From Candidatus Latescibacterota bacterium (lineage in GTDB: Bacteria > Latescibacterota > UBA2968 > UBA8231), in the NCBI GenBank assembly GCA_965208105.1, contig OZ242318.1:4544001-4608000 (forward strand): a stretch of 64,000 nucleotides of DNA, written 5' to 3'. Position 1 is the stretch's first letter, and every line of letters begins with the position of its first letter. Under the pieces are notes generated by a model, which was not told the origin of the DNA, searched no databases, and saw only the letters and a list, made by a program, of their open reading frames with translations. Positions 55,261 to 64,000 of the stretch are shown here, in pieces. The translations under genes were made by a program, and so were the position numbers.

Positions 55261-57006
55261 ATGATCGACTCCCTCAAAGACTACTGCGCCCTCCTGGTCA
55301 GATATCTCCGGCCCTACCGGGGGAAACTGCTGTTGCTCGCCGTGCTGCTGGTCGGCGGCACCGGTCTGCAGGCTGCGGTTCCTCTGGCCATACGCTACTT
55401 CATAGACACGGCCACGGCCCAGGGTGCCCTCAGCCAGCTGTACCTGGCCGCATTGCTGTTCCTGGCCGGCGGCTTTGTGTCGCAGCTCCTGCCCGCATTG
55501 TCCACCTACGTCGGGGAGGACATATCCTGGCGCGCCACGAACCGGCTCAGGTCCGATCTTACCTCTCACGTGCTGCGCCTGGACATGTCCTTTCACAACG
55601 CGCGCACCACCGGTGAACTGATTGAACGCATCGACGGCGACGTGACCAAGCTGGCCAACTTCTTCTCGGCCTTCGCCGTCCGCCTGTTGGGCAGCTTCCT
55701 GTGGGCCCTCGGCATCGTGATCGCCCTCGGGTGGGTGGACTGGAGACTGGGTCTGGCCCTGGCCGCCTTTATCGTCGTCTACCTGGTTGCCAGCTCCAGG
55801 GTGTACGGTCGGGCGGTGTCCCGCTGGCACGCCGAAAGCGAAAACAGGGCGGAGCTCTACGGCTATCTCGGAGACCGGGTCCCCGGGATAAAGGACATTC
55901 GCACCTGTGGGGCCATAGAGTACGTCATGCGGGGCTTCCACTCCGGTTTGAGAGATGCATTCAAAGCACTTGTGCGCGCCTGCAGGGCAGAGGCCGTGGG
56001 AATGTACGTGGCCCACATGACCTGGTTTCTGGCCTACGCCGCCGCTCTGGCTCTGGGGATCTTTTTGTTCCAGAGAGCGGAAATTACCATCGGGACCGTA
56101 TACCTGATTCTCCACTACCTGGAATCGATACGGTCTCCCATCACCCAGGTCGTCAGCGAGATAGAAGACCTGCAGCGGGCCAGGGCCAGCATCGCCCGGG
56201 TCAGGGAGCTCCTCGCCGTCCACTCCGGTCTGGCGGATGGCAAAAGAGCCTTACTTCCCGACGCCGGTCTCTCGGTGCAACTTGACCGCGTCTCATTTTC
56301 CTACCACGCGAATAATCGAGTGCTGGGCGATATCTCCCTCGACATCTCCGCGGGAAGGGCGGTGGGCGTGCTGGGACGCACGGGAAGCGGCAAGACCACC
56401 TTGTCGCGGCTGCTGTTCCGCCTCTATGATCCGGACCGGGGCGCCATTCGCCTGAACGGCGTGGACATCCGCGACCTTCCCCTGGGACATCTGCGCCGGC
56501 GCCTGGGAATGGTGACTCAGGACGTACAACTGTTCCAGGCCACGGTGAGGGACAATCTCACCCTGTTCGATCCCCTCGTCGGCGATGACCGCATCCTCGA
56601 GAACCTGGAGCAGCTCGGTCTGGGCAGGTGGTACGGTGCGCTGCCTCGGGGGCTCGATACGGAACTGGCGGCCGGCGGCGGCGGATTTTCGGCGGGCGAG
56701 GCTCAGCTCTTCGCCTTCGCCCGGGTGTTCCTGAAAGATCCGCGGCTGGTGATTTTGGACGAGGCGACCTCGCGCCTGGATCCAGACACCGAGCGCCTCA
56801 TAGAGAGGGCGGTGGAAGGGCTTGTTGCGGGGCGCACGGCTCTCATCATCGCCCACCGCCTGGCCACGGTGCAGAGGCTCGACGACATCGTGATTCTGGA
56901 AAGGGGACGCATCGAGGAGTGCGGGGAGCGCAAATCCCTTATGGCCGATCCGCACTCGCGATTCTCCCGGTTGCTGCAGACGGGATTGGAGGAGGCGCTG
57001 GCATGA
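55261..57006 (+). CDS. ABC exporter, fused permease/ATPase subunit 1
   Basis: TM bundle; GRTGSGKT, degenerate signature FSAGEAQ, ILDEATS, IAHRL. Confidence 0.9.
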   Translation: MIDSLKDYCALLVRYLRPYRGKLLLLAVLLVGGTGLQAAVPLAIRYFIDTATAQGALSQLYLAALLFLAGGFVSQLLPALSTYVGEDISWRATNRLRSDLTSHVLRLDMSFHNARTTGELIERIDGDVTKLANFFSAFAVRLLGSFLWALGIVIALGWVDWRLGLALAAFIVVYLVASSRVYGRAVSRWHAESENRAELYGYLGDRVPGIKDIRTCGAIEYVMRGFHSGLRDAFKALVRACRAEAVGMYVAHMTWFLAYAAALALGIFLFQRAEITIGTVYLILHYLESIRSPITQVVSEIEDLQRARASIARVRELLAVHSGLADGKRALLPDAGLSVQLDRVSFSYHANNRVLGDISLDISAGRAVGVLGRTGSGKTTLSRLLFRLYDPDRGAIRLNGVDIRDLPLGHLRRRLGMVTQDVQLFQATVRDNLTLFDPLVGDDRILENLEQLGLGRWYGALPRGLDTELAAGGGGFSAGEAQLFAFARVFLKDPRLVILDEATSRLDPDTERLIERAVEGLVAGRTALIIAHRLATVQRLDDIVILERGRIEECGERKSLMADPHSRFSRLLQTGLEEALA

Positions 57007-58760
57007 GTACGAACGGCTACCTCTGGCGCCTGCTGCGCTACAAGCCCGCTCTGTTCGCCCTTTCCCTGGCGCTGTCCATGGCCGTCTGGTCGTTCGCGTT
57101 GTTGCTCGGACTGATTCTGCGGGAGATTTTCAATGCCCTGAGCGGACAAGCCCCGGCGGCGTTCGACGCGTGGACCCTGGTGGCGTTCTTCGTCGTCGTC
57201 AACGTGGTATTCGAAGCCCTGGCGGTGTGGTTCCAGGTGGTCCATCCCCGGCTGGGAGCGTATCTGCAGTCCATATTGTCGAGGAACATGCTCGAGATCA
57301 TCCTGAAGAATCCCCCATCCCGCAGGGACGTCAGCACCGGCGATATGGTCAATCGTTTCAGGGATGACACCCGCGGCGTCGTCTCGCCCATAATGATGGT
57401 TCAATCGGTTGTGGGACGGATGTCCTCCCTGGTAATCGCCCTCTATATCATGGCCAGCATCCAGCCCCTGCTCACCGTAGTGGCCATCGCTCCGACCTTT
57501 GCCAACATCCTGGTGATCAGGGCTCTTTCGGCGAGGATCAGAACGCGCTGGCAGGAGAGCCGCGAGATGACCAGCCGATTCACCGGTCTTCTCGGCGAGC
57601 TGCTCGGCGGTGTCCAGGCCCTCAAGGTGGCGGCCACCGAAGAACAGGCGGTGAATCATCTCGATCGGAAAAGCGAGTCGAGGCGGCGGGCGGCGTTGAG
57701 CGCAACCGCCCTGGACGCGGCCATGACCGCGGTCAACGGGGCCACCATTACGCTGACCACCGGAGCCCTGATGGTCGCCTCGGCGCAGCTCATGCGGGAG
57801 GGCAGCTTCACGGTGGGGGACTTCGCCCTGTTCATGACCTACGTGGGGCAGCGGTCGGTGTTCTCGAGTTCGGACGCCATCGGATGGGCCATCGTCCAGT
57901 ACAAGAGGACGAAGGTGGCTTTGGAGCGGCTGTTCGACCTCCTTCCCCCTGCTTCCAGGCAGTCCCTGGTGGACCATCGCCCCCTGTACTTCGACGGCGA
58001 GATTCCAGCCGCTGCCCCACCGGAGCGGCATCCGGGCTCGAAGCTGGCTCACCTTGCCGTTCGGAATTTGAGCTATCGCTATCCCGAGTCGGGCAGAGGC
58101 ATAGTGGATATCAGTCTGGAACTCGACAGAGGCTCGTTCACCGTGGTCACCGGGAGAATCGGAGCGGGCAAGACGACGCTGCTGGAGGTGTTGCTGGGGC
58201 TGTTGCCGCGGGATGGAGGCGAGATCCTCTGGAACGGGGAAAGGGTGGAGGACCCGGGGGAATTTCTGGTGCCGCCCCTTTGCGCCTACACCCCGCAGGT
58301 GCCTCGTCTGTTCAGCGATACCCTGCGCAACAACATTCTGCTTGGTCTGCCGGAGGACAAGGTCGACTTGCCCGGTGCGGTCCGGCTGAGTGTCATGGAG
58401 CAGGACGTCGCCCAGTTGGACCACGGCCTGGACACGGTGATCGGTCCCAGGGGAGTGAAGCTGTCCGGTGGTCAGGGTCAGCGCACCGCGGCAGCCCGCA
58501 TGTTCGTGCGCGCACCCGATCTCATGGTCTTTGACGATCTTTCCAGTGCACTCGACGTCCAGACGGAGAAAAAGCTGTGGGACCGCCTGTTCCAGACGGA
58601 GGGGATCACCTGCCTGGTGGTCTCCCATCGGCGCACCGCATTGCGCCGTGCCGACCATGTCGTCGTTCTCAAGGACGGAAGGGTAGAAGAGGTGGGGAAG
58701 CTGAACGAGCTGTTGGAATCCAGCGCCGAGATGCAGCGGCTGTGGAGAGGAGAGCTATGA
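57003..58760 (+). CDS. ABC exporter, fused permease/ATPase subunit 2 (heterodimer partner)
   Basis: ATGA overlap; [13 protein letters not shown], non-canonical Walker [15 protein letters not shown]. Confidence 0.9.
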   Translation: MSTNGYLWRLLRYKPALFALSLALSMAVWSFALLLGLILREIFNALSGQAPAAFDAWTLVAFFVVVNVVFEALAVWFQVVHPRLGAYLQSILSRNMLEIILKNPPSRRDVSTGDMVNRFRDDTRGVVSPIMMVQSVVGRMSSLVIALYIMASIQPLLTVVAIAPTFANILVIRALSARIRTRWQESREMTSRFTGLLGELLGGVQALKVAATEEQAVNHLDRKSESRRRAALSATALDAAMTAVNGATITLTTGALMVASAQLMREGSFTVGDFALFMTYVGQRSVFSSSDAIGWAIVQYKRTKVALERLFDLLPPASRQSLVDHRPLYFDGEIPAAAPPERHPGSKLAHLAVRNLSYRYPESGRGIVDISLELDRGSFTVVTGRIGAGKTTLLEVLLGLLPRDGGEILWNGERVEDPGEFLVPPLCAYTPQVPRLFSDTLRNNILLGLPEDKVDLPGAVRLSVMEQDVAQLDHGLDTVIGPRGVKLSGGQGQRTAAARMFVRAPDLMVFDDLSSALDVQTEKKLWDRLFQTEGITCLVVSHRRTALRRADHVVVLKDGRVEEVGKLNELLESSAEMQRLWRGEL

Positions 58761-60823
58761 GAACAAGCTGCGTGCGCATGGTGGTCGTCTTCCTCTGCCT
58801 GTTCGTCCCGGTCTGCTCCCGGGGCGGAGATTTATCTGAACTCCCGGTGGAGAGGCGCGTGGTGAACGCTTTGCGCACCGAAGAGAAGATCCTGGTCGAC
58901 GGAAATTTGTCAGAGAAGGACTGGGAGCGCGCCGACAAGGCCAGGGACTTTTTTCGAGTGCAGCCGGACCGGGGTGTCCTGGCGGAATTGAGCACGGAAG
59001 CGATGGTGCTGTACGACGATGCCACCCTGTATGTAGGTTTCCGCTGCTTCGAACCGGACATGACCCGGCTGCGCGAGACCCTGACCCGCAGGGACGCGGA
59101 AATCTGGAAGGACGACGGGGTGGAAGTCATTCTGGATACATACGACGACGACCGCAACGGCTACGTGTTCGCCGTCAACACCCTGGGAACGCAGATGGAC
59201 GAGCACATCGGCAACGAGTCCGTCTTCTCCCTGACCTGGGATGCCCGCTGGGAAGCCCGGGTGATGAAAAGAGAGGACTTCTGGTCCGCCGAATTCGCCA
59301 TACCGTTCTCCGAGCTGCGCTTCTCCACGGACAGCTCCACCTGGGGGATTAATTTCTGGCGCAACCATCCCATAGACGGGGAATCGTATTCCTGGTCCGA
59401 TACGGGGAGAAATTTCGGCCGGATTTCAGAGTTCGGCGAGCTGCGGGGCCTGTCATTCGGCGCCGCGTCGAAGGGGAGGAAACTGGGCATTCTCCCCTAC
59501 GCCACCTACCGGGCCCTGGAGGGTTTGCCCGACGACCGTGGCTACGGAGTGGATTTTCTCATCCAACCCTCGACCAACTTGACCTCGAACATCACCGTCA
59601 ATCCCGATTTTTCCCAACTGGAAAGCGATCCGACGCAGATCAATGTCTCCGACGACCGAGAGCTGTCCCTTCCCGAGCGCCGGCCTTTCTTCCGCGAAGG
59701 CGCCGATCTCTTCCAGCTTCCTCTCAACCTGTTCTACAGCCGCCGGGTGCAGGAGATCGATTTCGGCCTGAAAACCACGGGAAAGGTGGGAACCTACAAC
59801 CTGGTGCTCCTCAACACCTACGGGCGCATGGTGGACCGCTACGAAGACGACCGCAAAAGGCAGGCGAACCTGTTCAACCTGCGCCTCAACCGCGACATCG
59901 GGGACCGCGCCGTGGTCGGCGTCATGGGCATTCAAAAGCACCAGGCCGACCGCGACTTCAGCCTGCTCTCACTCAACAGCCGGGTCGCTTTGCAAAGGGA
60001 CTGGTCCGCCCAGTTGCAGTCGGTGGTGAATCACGTGGAGGGAAGGCCGAACTGGGCTTACCACGCGTCGACCAGATGGACCAACGAGCGCGGTTGGTTT
60101 GGGAATCTGGCGGTGGAGGAGATAGAGAACGGATTCCGCCCCAACGAAACCGGGTTGACGGACGAAGCCTATCGCAAATTGAACGGTCAGATCGGCTACC
60201 GCCACAAGTATCCAGAAGGCAGCAGACTGAGATGGTATCAACTGAGGTATGGCATCTTCTACCAGACCGACGAGGAAAGGAAGCTGCGAGAAGGGTTTTC
60301 GTCTTTCTGGGGAGGATTCGATGTCGGCCGCTTCGACTTCATCGCTTCGAGCTATCTTGGTAAACAAGGCGACGGCGGCATCCAGTACGACTTGAAGGTG
60401 CTCAACCTCCAAGCCGGATACAATTCAACCTGGAACAGGCTCGTGCTGTTCAGCAGATTCGCCAAGCGCCTTGACAGCGGCATCCGCCAAGTCCTCGTTT
60501 TCGGCGATGCCAATCTGCTCGAAAAGGTGACCATCGATTTCTTCGGAGAAAGGACGCACTGGCGCGGACACCGGAAAACCCGGCTCGTGCGGCTCAAGGC
60601 GAACTACCAGTTCCACAAAAAAATGGGCAGTCGGCTGTATGTCGAGCGCGTGGACGAGCAACTGCTGAAGGAGGTGAGCTACAATTTCAACTGGGTCCTC
60701 GACTACGAATTCACCCCGGAGAGTCATTTCTACCTCGTCTTCGTGCACGACCGGGAAAGCCGCCGGGCGATGTTCGTCAAGCTGGCCTACCTTTTCGACT
60801 CGAACCTCCTTGTCCGGCGCTGA
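58757..60823 (+). CDS. CBM9/DOMON-like plus DUF5916-like outer-membrane protein
   Basis: [70 protein letters not shown]. Confidence 0.8.
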   Translation: MRTSCVRMVVVFLCLFVPVCSRGGDLSELPVERRVVNALRTEEKILVDGNLSEKDWERADKARDFFRVQPDRGVLAELSTEAMVLYDDATLYVGFRCFEPDMTRLRETLTRRDAEIWKDDGVEVILDTYDDDRNGYVFAVNTLGTQMDEHIGNESVFSLTWDARWEARVMKREDFWSAEFAIPFSELRFSTDSSTWGINFWRNHPIDGESYSWSDTGRNFGRISEFGELRGLSFGAASKGRKLGILPYATYRALEGLPDDRGYGVDFLIQPSTNLTSNITVNPDFSQLESDPTQINVSDDRELSLPERRPFFREGADLFQLPLNLFYSRRVQEIDFGLKTTGKVGTYNLVLLNTYGRMVDRYEDDRKRQANLFNLRLNRDIGDRAVVGVMGIQKHQADRDFSLLSLNSRVALQRDWSAQLQSVVNHVEGRPNWAYHASTRWTNERGWFGNLAVEEIENGFRPNETGLTDEAYRKLNGQIGYRHKYPEGSRLRWYQLRYGIFYQTDEERKLREGFSSFWGGFDVGRFDFIASSYLGKQGDGGIQYDLKVLNLQAGYNSTWNRLVLFSRFAKRLDSGIRQVLVFGDANLLEKVTIDFFGERTHWRGHRKTRLVRLKANYQFHKKMGSRLYVERVDEQLLKEVSYNFNWVLDYEFTPESHFYLVFVHDRESRRAMFVKLAYLFDSNLLVRR

Positions 60824-60870
60824 TCCGGGATTGAGGTTGTGGGGTACAAACGTATGTTCAATTCAGCTTA

Positions 60871-61032
60871 GTGTCCCGTCGCAGAGATAGGTTGACGAAA
60901 TTGGGCCGCCGAGGCGCCCGGCTCACCAGGCGCCTGAGCGAGTCGTACTAGTGGTGTACGGCGAGTGAAGGCAACGCCGTGAGCCGGGATGGATCGGCGG
61001 AATAATGGCAACATATCTCTGCGACGGGACAC
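60871..61032. mobile_element. 162-bp MITE, copy 2 (inverted relative to copy 1)
   Basis: Same TIRs, TA on both sides; 5 mismatches to the reverse complement of 30629..30790 by manual comparison. Confidence 0.85.
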
Positions 61033-61174
61033 TAGGACCACTTGGCGACATTTGCCCGAATTGGTTGCCGGTGATAGCTAGTTATGAGAAAAGCAAGACC
61101 AAAATATTAGAATCGAGGGCTTCCTAGGCGACACTATACGAATCAGCAAAATGCCGTGAAGGCTGGATTCATTT

Positions 61175-61720
61175 ATGATTGATAGATTGGAGATTGATAT
61201 GCCAGAAGATGAAAATGTACTGATAGAGCAGCTGGTTGCTACACACCCGTCCTGGGAGACCTTTATAGCGTTCGCTGACGAACGAGGAGAAGGAAGCGGA
61301 CTTGACGCCAAGACCTGCGAATACCATTCGGGGCCATTCACCCTTGTGGCCTATGTTGGCGATAAGATGGTCGGTTATCTGAGGTTCTGGACGCAACAGA
61401 TTGGGATCGATGAGGACAAGCCCGGGCTCGAGCGCAACGGCCGGCCGGTGCACGAAGCCAAGGTTGTTGCTTTCTTCGTCAGACCTGGGTATCGCCGTCG
61501 CGGTATAGGAAGACGCCTGAAGCAATCGGCAATCTCTTGGGCAGGTGACCTTGAATGCTACCAGGTACGAGAGCGCAGCTGTTACAGCAACATCGAAAAT
61601 CACGCTCTCAACATATCCATGGGATTTGGGATGCAGCCGGCTGTCAACGAGGATGAAGGTGATTGCAGTGCCTACTTCATGCTGCCGGTGAACGCACTCA
61701 TGTCGGAGGCGGCATCCTGA
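61175..61720 (+). CDS. GNAT family N-acetyltransferase
   Basis: FFVRPGYRRRGIGRRL acetyl-CoA motif, N...LN.SMGF. Start may be ATG 61199. Confidence 0.8.
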   Translation: MIDRLEIDMPEDENVLIEQLVATHPSWETFIAFADERGEGSGLDAKTCEYHSGPFTLVAYVGDKMVGYLRFWTQQIGIDEDKPGLERNGRPVHEAKVVAFFVRPGYRRRGIGRRLKQSAISWAGDLECYQVRERSCYSNIENHALNISMGFGMQPAVNEDEGDCSAYFMLPVNALMSEAAS

Positions 61721-61843
61721 ATTCGGATGGCGGAGCCGACCGACCTCGTTGGTCACACCGTCATATAACAACCGCTTCCGCTGCTTTGCCCGCGGTAAGG
61801 CTTATTTGACAATAACAATCGAGAATCTCGAGTACAGGAGGAC

Positions 61844-62212
61844 ATGATGCCGAAACCACCAAAGACCGAGGTGAATCAGGTGATACAGGGTGCACCCGTC
61901 ATCCAGGTTCCCGATCCCCAATCGACGGCGGAGTACTACCGCGACGTATTTGGATTCGAGTTCGACTTCAGTCATGATTCAGGCTTTTATACCGTTGTGT
62001 GGCGCGACAATGCCGCCATTCATTTCGTCAGAGGCGAAGAACCCGCAACAGGAGTCCGTATTTTCCTCTGGGTGAAGGACGCTGACGAGGTATTTGCCGA
62101 GTTCAGCAAGGCTGGGGCAAACATCACCGTTGATATCGGGGACCGCGATTATGGAGTACGAGACTTCGGCGTCGTGGATTGCAATGGACTGGATATTTCT
62201 GTCGGGCATTGA
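61844..62212 (+). CDS. VOC/glyoxalase/bleomycin-resistance family protein
   Basis: YYRDVFGF, WVKDAD, DRDYGVRDFGVVDCNG; AGGAGG RBS. Confidence 0.8.
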   Translation: MMPKPPKTEVNQVIQGAPVIQVPDPQSTAEYYRDVFGFEFDFSHDSGFYTVVWRDNAAIHFVRGEEPATGVRIFLWVKDADEVFAEFSKAGANITVDIGDRDYGVRDFGVVDCNGLDISVGH

Positions 62213-62381
62213 AGAGAGGACTGTTCGGTTCCCGTGCTGAGGTGCGACGAAGCCCGGTATCAAGTATCAGCACGAATTGCGCTGCGACCCTGGGGCGGCC
62301 TGGCCCATCGGGCAATTCCTTCGCGGGTTCGCATACCGGAAGACCTTGCATGATATATCTCTATGCCCATTCCGATCTGTG

Positions 62382-63653
62382 ATGGCTGCAGTGTCGTTCT
62401 CATTTCATTTCGATTTCGAGCAGGTACTCCTGCAGGCCAGGGGCCTTCAACGCGGCTTGCAGGCGGGAGATCCCGACGCCCTTCAACGTCTCGAATCCCA
62501 CCATCCAGAGCGGCCGAACGGAGCGCGCTGGCGGTTGGCTGATGCCCAGCTCGTCGTGGCCCGCGAGCACGGCTTTGAATCCTGGGCGCAGTTAAGGCAC
62601 TACTCCGAGCCACAGCCCCAGTACCGGTCCGAGGACCTTGCGGATGGGCAGAATAGTTACATTACCGGACGTCCCTGGGAGGAGCAGGAAAGCAGGCTGC
62701 GCCGGCTGGCTGAGGAGGCTTTCTCCCGGTGCGGCTTCTCCCCGAGTCCCATGTCGATTGCAGGCCAGATGGGAAATTTCGGCTACAATGACTTCGCGCT
62801 CAGCGTGGCCACGGAGGGTGAGACCCCGTCGCACCTGGTCACCGTCCGCTACGCCCATGAACCATTTCCCCTCGTCGAGGTACACCGGCAGGTGGCATCA
62901 CTTTGTGCCTGGCTCCTGGCCTTGGCCAGGGACACGCAGGTCGAGGTCCAGGTTCCCGTACCCGACGAATCCGGAGAAGTTTGCCAACTCCTCGATCATC
63001 GGCCGGAGGGGCCGGCGGCTGTTTGTACGGTCCAGCGCTGGGTACCCGGAGAGGTCGTGGTCGGAGAGGATGAGCCTGTCGAGCTGTCGGAGGATACCCT
63101 GCGAGCCTTGGGCGAGCTTCTCGGGCACGTACACAACCACGGGAGCGCATGGTCGTGGCCGGCAGGCTTCAACCGGATCCGCATAGACTGGATGGGGGAG
63201 GTAGAAGAGGTGAGCCGTGACTACTGGAACGCTCGGGGCGACGAGAAGCTGAGCAGGGAGGAACTGTCGATATTGCGCAGGGCTGTGGCAGTCCTGACCG
63301 AATTTCGCAAGGCATCCGGAGAGTCCTGGGGGTTGACCCATGGTGATTTCCGGGCGGGGAACTGCGTTGAGCACGAAGGCCGCTACGCGCCGATAGACTT
63401 CGATACCTGTGCTTTGAGCTACCAACTCGACGACGTGGGGTGGTTCCTCGTGGATGTGGATGATCCCGCCATGCGCGGAGCCTTTCTGTCCGGCTACGCC
63501 CGAGTTGCACCGAGGCCATCATTGCGCTCGGTGGAAGGCGCCTTGATCGCGGCCCGGACACGGCGGTGCGCCTGGGGTGGCCCCCTGCCCGAAGGCCTGA
63601 TCAGGCAATGTGAGAAATATCTGTCGAATGAATCGTTCCTGTTCGCCTGGTAG
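62382..63653 (+). CDS. APH/choline kinase-like phosphotransferase with an N-terminal helical domain
   Basis: LGELLGHVH, THGDFRAGN, IDFD; N-terminal LADAQLVVAREHGFESWAQL. Start uncertain. Confidence 0.75.
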   Translation: MAAVSFSFHFDFEQVLLQARGLQRGLQAGDPDALQRLESHHPERPNGARWRLADAQLVVAREHGFESWAQLRHYSEPQPQYRSEDLADGQNSYITGRPWEEQESRLRRLAEEAFSRCGFSPSPMSIAGQMGNFGYNDFALSVATEGETPSHLVTVRYAHEPFPLVEVHRQVASLCAWLLALARDTQVEVQVPVPDESGEVCQLLDHRPEGPAAVCTVQRWVPGEVVVGEDEPVELSEDTLRALGELLGHVHNHGSAWSWPAGFNRIRIDWMGEVEEVSRDYWNARGDEKLSREELSILRRAVAVLTEFRKASGESWGLTHGDFRAGNCVEHEGRYAPIDFDTCALSYQLDDVGWFLVDVDDPAMRGAFLSGYARVAPRPSLRSVEGALIAARTRRCAWGGPLPEGLIRQCEKYLSNESFLFAW

Positions 63654-63793
63654 GGTAACTTCATTTATCACCAGTAAGGCGGCGCAATTTTACCCTGATG
63701 AAGGCCGATAGCCATGTTCCGACTGGGGATGTTTCCGATCGCGGCCTCGACGCCCCGGCCTCCAGGCACGCCGTGAAGGTGAAAAGGAAGAAT

Positions 63794-64000
63794 ATGAGAT
63801 CAAGCTTTGTCTACCTGCTGGTTGCCTTTGCCGGCCTGTGCCTCCCGGTTTGCGCCCGGGGTCACCACCCTGAACCCTCCCCAATGGAAAAGCGGGTGGT
63901 GAAGGCGTTGCGCGCCGAAGAAAAGATTCTGATCGACGGCCATCTATCGGAGAAGGACTGGGACCACGCCGAAAAAGCCAGGGACTTTTTTCGAGCGCAG
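63794..64000 (+). CDS. 5' end of a second CBM9/DUF5916-like paralog (runs off the window)
   Basis: Manual translation MRSSFVYLLVAFAGLCLPVCARGHHPEPSPMEKRVVKALRAEEKILIDGHLSEKDWDHAEKARDFFRAQ aligns with the start of 58757..60823. Confidence 0.8.
   Translation, partial: MRSSFVYLLVAFAGLCLPVCARGHHPEPSPMEKRVVKALRAEEKILIDGHLSEKDWDHAEKARDFFRAQ

Noticed and set aside
61036-62280. Integron gene cassettes (GNAT, VOC)
   Set aside because: Small AT-richer genes, but no RYYYAAC...GTTRRRY attC structure found between them.

Overview
GC-rich bacterial window. The gene content (several secreted proteins with FlgD-like C-terminal Ig domains, DUF6785- and DUF4159-like proteins, PhyH) suggests an FCB-related candidate lineage such as Latescibacterota. 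That is an inference only. Family calls come from recalled motifs; no database search was run. Recognisable genes: an archaeal-type valS, ispH, a squalene synthase-like gene, an ECF sigma/anti-sigma locus, a heterodimeric ABC exporter and an MpaB/Lcp oxygenase-MMPL-LolA-like-barrel operon. Five things stand out. (1) An AT-richer triplicated array at 36-42.7 kb holds six small CSRSGHHP lipoproteins with patchy variation, interleaved with two near-identical DUF4159-like proteins that have a TonB-like His-containing anchor, plus one truncated remnant. It runs co-directionally into an ExbB-ExbD-ExbD/TPR/large outer-membrane-protein operon with no TonB, a candidate undescribed envelope system. (2) valS is preceded by two candidate Val-codon leader-peptide attenuators in tandem. 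(3) An unannotated UGA-readthrough (selenocysteine, UxxS) peroxiredoxin-like gene has a SECIS-like hairpin. (4) There are two inverted copies of a 162-bp MITE. (5) Two local lesions (ispH C-terminus, G-run frameshift at 53680) may be assembly artefacts. No rRNA, tRNA, CRISPR array, transposase or reverse transcriptase was recognised.
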